A stretch of 25,661 nucleotides of DNA from Octopus sinensis. Its lineage: Eukaryota. Numbering within the stretch: the first letter of the stretch is position 1; the number at the start of each line of letters is the position of its first letter. The position numbers and the translations under genes were made by a program. Under the pieces are notes generated by a model. The model had not been told where the DNA came from and made no database searches. It worked only from the letters and a program-made list of their open reading frames with translations. This document shows, piece after piece, positions 21,641 to 25,661 of this stretch. The stretch covers positions 1 to 25,661 of the forward strand of contig NW_021836124.1 of the NCBI RefSeq assembly GCF_006345805.1. The letters are read 5' to 3'.

Positions 21641-22243
21641 CAGCAACAGAAACAATACCATCAATGCCACCGACACCACCAGTGATACGACGACGACCAC
21701 CACCACCATCACCAACATCAACTGCTGTGGTCTTTATGAGTCAATAGGCATGCGGTGTGATGTGACGTAATGTGATGGGGTGTGAACTAAATATGTTTGG
21801 CCTTCTTAAGATCACACACACACACACACACACACAGAGGTTCCCTCTTTCTTTCTCTCACATACACATGCACGCACGCATACCTTCAAAGTCACATGTT
21901 CACAACGACAACACAACGAGTAGTTTTCAAAAGGGTGTTGTTATTGTTGGTATTGTTGTTGATGCTGTTGTTGGTGTCGCTTCTATGTTGTTTATAACAG
22001 GTGCGGCAACGAGATCAGTGACGTCAGCAAACGGCAGATGTTTGCTTTTGGGGCTTGGACGTTTCTTCCTTACATACATACATACAAACATATATACATA
22101 CATATATACATACATATATATACATACACACACTCACACGTAAGTAAAGTTAATCGCCATATCACAGTGACTGTTCCGTGTTACTAATAGTTTAACCCCA
22201 GGCAGATCTTCCACCAGCTGGTTATCAGTGCAGCATTGCACCC

Positions 22244-22283
<40 letters not shown>

Positions 22284-22329
22284 CTAGCAGGGGGAGCGAG
22301 CCCCTCCCATCCTCTTGTAGACATCAGGA

Positions 22330-22377
22330 TCGCGAGAATTACTCAGTTTCGATCTGGCTGGCTCTCTTCAGTCGCAA
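22330..22377 (-). ncRNA. Decayed hammerhead motif in a ~120-bp island between (TA)n tracts
   Basis: TTGCGA CTGAAGA GAGC-CAGCCA-GATC GAAA CTGAGTAATT C TCGCGA; 6-bp stem I, one mismatch in stem II and one in stem III. Confidence 0.55.
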
Positions 22378-22419
22378 GTACCTGGTTACCAGAGCGATAT
22401 ATAGTAAAAAAAAAAGGGA

Positions 22420-22461
<42 letters not shown>

Positions 22462-22466
<5 letters not shown>

Positions 22467-22625
22467 CATCTTTTACTTTTTTCAGTCATTAGAGTGCGGC
22501 TATGCTGGGGCACCATCTTGAAGAATATTTTAGTCGACCGAATCGATCCGTGCACTCACTTTCTTTTACGAATCGCGGTACTTATTCTAACGGCCCCGTT
22601 TAGCGGGACCGCTACGTTACGGGGG
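22462..22625 (-). mobile_element. SINE family A, 3' half
   Basis: TTTCAGTCATTAGAGTGCGGCTATGCTGGGGCACC tail motif. Confidence 0.78.
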
Positions 22626-22626
22626 A

Positions 22627-22796
22627 CAGCGTGACGCCACTCCGTCCTGGGTTACGCGTTTACGGCTGAGTGGACTGGAACAATTGGAGATAAAACCTTT
22701 TGCTCAAAGCCACAACGCAACGCCCGGTCCGGGAATCGAAACCACGACCGCAAGACCGTGAGTACAACGCCCTAACCACTAAGGCCACGCGCCTTT
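22627..22796 (-). mobile_element. tRNA-derived SINE head (D/E intermediate)
   Basis: Revcomp GGCGCGTGGCCTTAGTGGTTAGGGCG...GGTTTCGATTCCCGGACCGGGCG...TTGAGCAAAAGG...CCAGTCCACTCAGC. Confidence 0.82.
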
Positions 22797-22981
22797 ACAT
22801 TTCGATCGGAAATCTCTCAAATTGTGGTTGTAACATGAAAATGTCAGAGCGACAGGTGTTGCAAGTATTTTAATCGTGGTAATTGTTCTTGTGGCATGTC
22901 GACAACCTCAAGCACCAATTTAATTCTTAAAGATGACGAAGTCGTCCTTCGAATATTCGTAAGGCCAGTGGAATGAGTCAG

Positions 22982-23082
22982 ATTCACAAAAGGCCACTGC
23001 CAACTGTGACACACGAAGTTTATAAATGTATATATATATATATACTTCGTGTGTCACAGTTGGCAGTGGCCTTTTTGTGAAT
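22982..23082. repeat. Near-perfect 38/39-bp inverted repeat with TA-rich spacer
   Basis: ATTCACAAAAGGCCACTGCCAACTGTGACACACGAAGT (22982-23019) and its reverse complement at 23044-23082 with a single 1-nt indel. Confidence 0.95.
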
Positions 23083-23097
23083 ATATATATATATATA

Positions 23098-23398
23098 TCT
23101 TTTACTCATTTACCTGTTTCAGTCATTTGACTATGGCCATGTTGGAGCACCGCCTTTAGTCGAGCAAATCGACCCCAGGACTTATGGCTGAGACAAAACA
23201 ATAAACTCTTAGGGTTTTTTTCTTTTTGTCGAAGAAATCTACCCCATGATTATTCTTTGTAGACCTAGTACTATTCTATCGATCACTTATGCCGAGCCGC
23301 TACATTACGGAGACGTAAACATGCCAGCATGGGGTCCATTGTCAAGCGATGGCGAGGGGAGGGGACAGACACAAACACAGAGACACACGCATAAATAA

Positions 23399-23459
<61 letters not shown>

Positions 23460-23618
23460 ATTATATATATATATACGACGGGCTTCTTTCAGTTTCCGTC
23501 TACCAAATCCACTCACAAGGCTTTGGTCGACCCGTGGCTATAGTAGAAGACACTTGCCCAAGTAGGAATGGACCCGGAACAATGTGGTTGGGAAGCAAGC
23601 TTCTTACCACACAGCCAT
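23098..23618 (-). mobile_element. SINE family A with expanded internal (TA)n and a small internal duplication or insertion
   Basis: Matches the reverse complement of 2041-2411; the AAATCGACCCCAGGACTTAT-like motif occurs twice. Confidence 0.9.
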
Positions 23619-23724
23619 ATATATATATATATTTCCATTTGTTTTGTTTTGTTCCTGATATCCATTTATATCTCGGGAGGGTCATTATGCCAATTATAAC
23701 ACGTGTGCTCGTTCTGCTTCAATT

Positions 23725-23777
<53 letters not shown>

Positions 23778-23844
23778 AAATAATGATAATAATTACTATT
23801 ATTGTTGTTGTTGTTGTTTTGGTGGTGGTGGTTGTGGTAGTGGT

Positions 23845-23925
23845 ATACCCATCATGACTACCCGTCTGATAAGGGTACACCAGCACATGCATCACAACCA
23901 TATCAGTATGACATGGTCATCTCAT
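23845..23925 (-). mobile_element. Repeat family F fragment amid (AAT)/(ATT)/(GTT) repeats
   Basis: Matches 18807-18890. Confidence 0.78.
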
Positions 23926-24037
23926 ATTATTATTATCATTATTATTATTATCATTATTATTATTATTATTTTTATTATTATTATTATTATTATTAATATT
24001 ACTGCTGTTGTTGTTGTCTTTGTTGTTGTTGTTGTTA

Positions 24038-24260
24038 TGGCGAGTTGGTAAAATCGTTAGCACACCGGGCGGAATGCTTAGCAGCATTTCGTTTGCGCAC
24101 TGCGGTCTGAGTTCAAATTCCGCCGAGGTCGACTTTGCTTTTCCCCCTTTTCAGGACCTATAGAATATATACCCGTTGAGTACTGGGGTCGATGTAATCG
24201 ACTTTATCCCTCCACCCACCTTGAAATTGCTGGCCTTGTGCCAAAATTTGAAACCAATAT
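24038..24260 (+). mobile_element. SINE family C
   Basis: GGCGAGTTGGTAAAATCGTTAGCAC...GAGTTCAAATTCCGCCGAGGTCGAC...GGCCTTGTGCCAAAATTTGAAACC. Confidence 0.88.
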
Positions 24261-24566
24261 AAATAGTTTATGTAATATAAATTCCTTCTCTCAGAAGTAT
24301 AGAATTATTTCACGCTGGCTTAGTCTTCTTTCTCCTCGGATTAATCTCATTTACCTTCCTTTCGGATTACATCCGATCTTTTAGTATTATGAGCCGAGCT
24401 TATCTTTTTCTGTTTTATCTTTTGGACATCGCTAAAGCAAGAAAAAAACAAAGACTTTCTGAGGCCGGCTGTGGATTGGCAGAACTTGGATTGTTAGAAT
24501 GTGGGAAAGGATTCATTCTTTGCGATATTTGTTCCAGCGCCTTACTTACCGACGGCATGACTTCAA

Positions 24567-24593
24567 CAGCCATGGGCAAACTGCGGCCCGCGG
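24567..24593 (+). mobile_element. Solo hAT (Charlie-like) terminus
   Basis: CAGCCATGGGCAAACTGCGGCCCGCGG resembles typical hAT-Charlie ends; partner end not found. Confidence 0.5.
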
Positions 24594-24700
24594 CACTTTC
24601 TGAATACTATGCCAACAAAAGATTGCTTTGAAAATTTGGCTTTACTTAAGCGTTCAGTCTACCGTAGTGTCCATAGACTACACTATGAAACGACCAGATC

Positions 24701-24825
24701 TAGGTTAGGGTTTCGTGTTAGAGTCGGAGTTAAGGGTTTGGGTTGAGGGTTGGGGTTTAGGTGTAGGATTATGATTAGGTATTAGGGCTATAGAGTTTTG
24801 AGTTAAGGTGTAAGGTTATGGTTAT
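24701..24825 (+). repeat. Degenerate TTAGGG-like interstitial repeat
   Basis: TAGGTTAGGG, TTAAGGG, TTTGGG, TTGAGGG, TTGGGG and TTAGGG variants. Confidence 0.7.
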
Positions 24826-24863
24826 ACTGCATGTTAAAGTTTAAATATGTTTATGTGTGTATA

Positions 24864-24923
<60 letters not shown>

Positions 24924-24981
24924 ATATATATACACACATATATATATATATATAAATATATATTACATGTATGTATGTAAC

Positions 24982-25013
<32 letters not shown>

Positions 25014-25084
25014 TATATAAACGGATTAAGGACGTAACGGACGACAATAGAACCGTATGGACAGATATCGTATAGAATTATTTC

Positions 25085-25432
25085 TATAGAATTATGTGGC
25101 CATGCAAGGGGCACCGCCTTGATGAATTTTTAATCGAATGAATCAAGACCAGTAGTTACATTTTTTTTCAGATTGGTACTTACTCTATCGTTGTTTTTGC
25201 CGAATTGCTAAGTTACAGGAACGTAAGCCGGTTGTCGAGCGGTGCTGGGAGACACATGGGCGTACGGGTGCACTTACGTTGGATTTATTTTCACTTTCTG
25301 TCCACCAAATCCACTCACAAGGCTTTGGTCGACCCGAGGGTATAGCAGAAGACATTTGCCCAAGGTGTCACGCAGTGGGACTGAACCCAGAACCATGTGG
25401 TTGGCAAGCAAACTCCTTATCATACAGCCACC
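25085..25432 (-). mobile_element. SINE family A, diverged
   Basis: CCAAATCCACTCACAAGGCTTTGGTCGACCCGAGG...GCAGTGGGACTGAACCC. Confidence 0.85.
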
Positions 25433-25469
25433 TCTATGCATGTACGTACGTACGTACGTATGTATGTAT

Positions 25470-25661
25470 GGACTCATGAGTCATCTTCGTAGTCATAAAA
25501 CGAGACAGATGAGTGACAACCTGGCCACTGGTGGTGGTGTAACACACCATACTAATCATATCTGTCGGGCATGTGGAAGAGAGTGTAATTCGGCAGGAGG
25601 ACTTAAACGACATGCAAAGGTACATGAAGCCCAGTTACAACTACTACACGCCGTATTACCA
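25470..25661 (+). pseudogene. C2H2 zinc-finger coding fragment, most likely the C-terminus of an RTE/BovB-type LINE ORF; open to window end
   Basis: GLMSHLRSHKTRQMSDNLATGGGVTHHTNHICRACGRECNSAGGLKRHAKVHEAQLQLLHAVLP; CX2CX12HX3H at 25563-25625 preceded by a half finger (HX3H). Confidence 0.7.

Noticed and set aside
22925-22965. GAAG/CTTC hairpin followed by GAATATTC-GTAAG, hammerhead-like
   Set aside because: Both core boxes are non-canonical; too decayed to support.
24389-24631. 80-aa ORF with ECGKG and CDIC, zinc-finger-like
   Set aside because: Cys/His spacing does not fit C2H2 and the ORF runs through a hAT-like terminus.

Overview
AT-rich, repeat-saturated eukaryotic non-coding DNA (intergenic or a large intron). 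The SINE repertoire and dense (TA)n/(CA)n/(TATC)n/(ATT)n microsatellites strongly resemble octopus (cephalopod) genomic DNA; this assignment is from recognition, not a search. No intact host gene is supported, and the long ORFs in the track are microsatellite or satellite artefacts. The window holds about 20 tRNA-derived SINE copies (working names A, C, D, E, with shuffled heads and tails), a decayed RTE LINE 3' end, a mariner transposase remnant, a Tc1/mariner-type MITE, a 2.5-kb interval bounded by 115-bp inverted repeats, a 20-bp minisatellite, and a C2H2 zinc-finger frame running off the right edge (probably a LINE C-terminus). The main hidden signal is RNA-structural. There are about nine minimal type-I hammerhead-ribozyme motifs (stem I - CUGANGA - stem II - GAAA - palindromic stem III - NUH - stem I) of the kind carried by Penelope-like retroelements, in about eight unrelated sequence contexts. 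One sits at the 3' end of a tRNA-headed (Pol III) SINE, two have ~60-nt stem II insertions, one may have a U3-A8 covariant core, and three are accompanied by an inverted copy that starts inside the ribozyme. All structures were paired by eye and none is tested.
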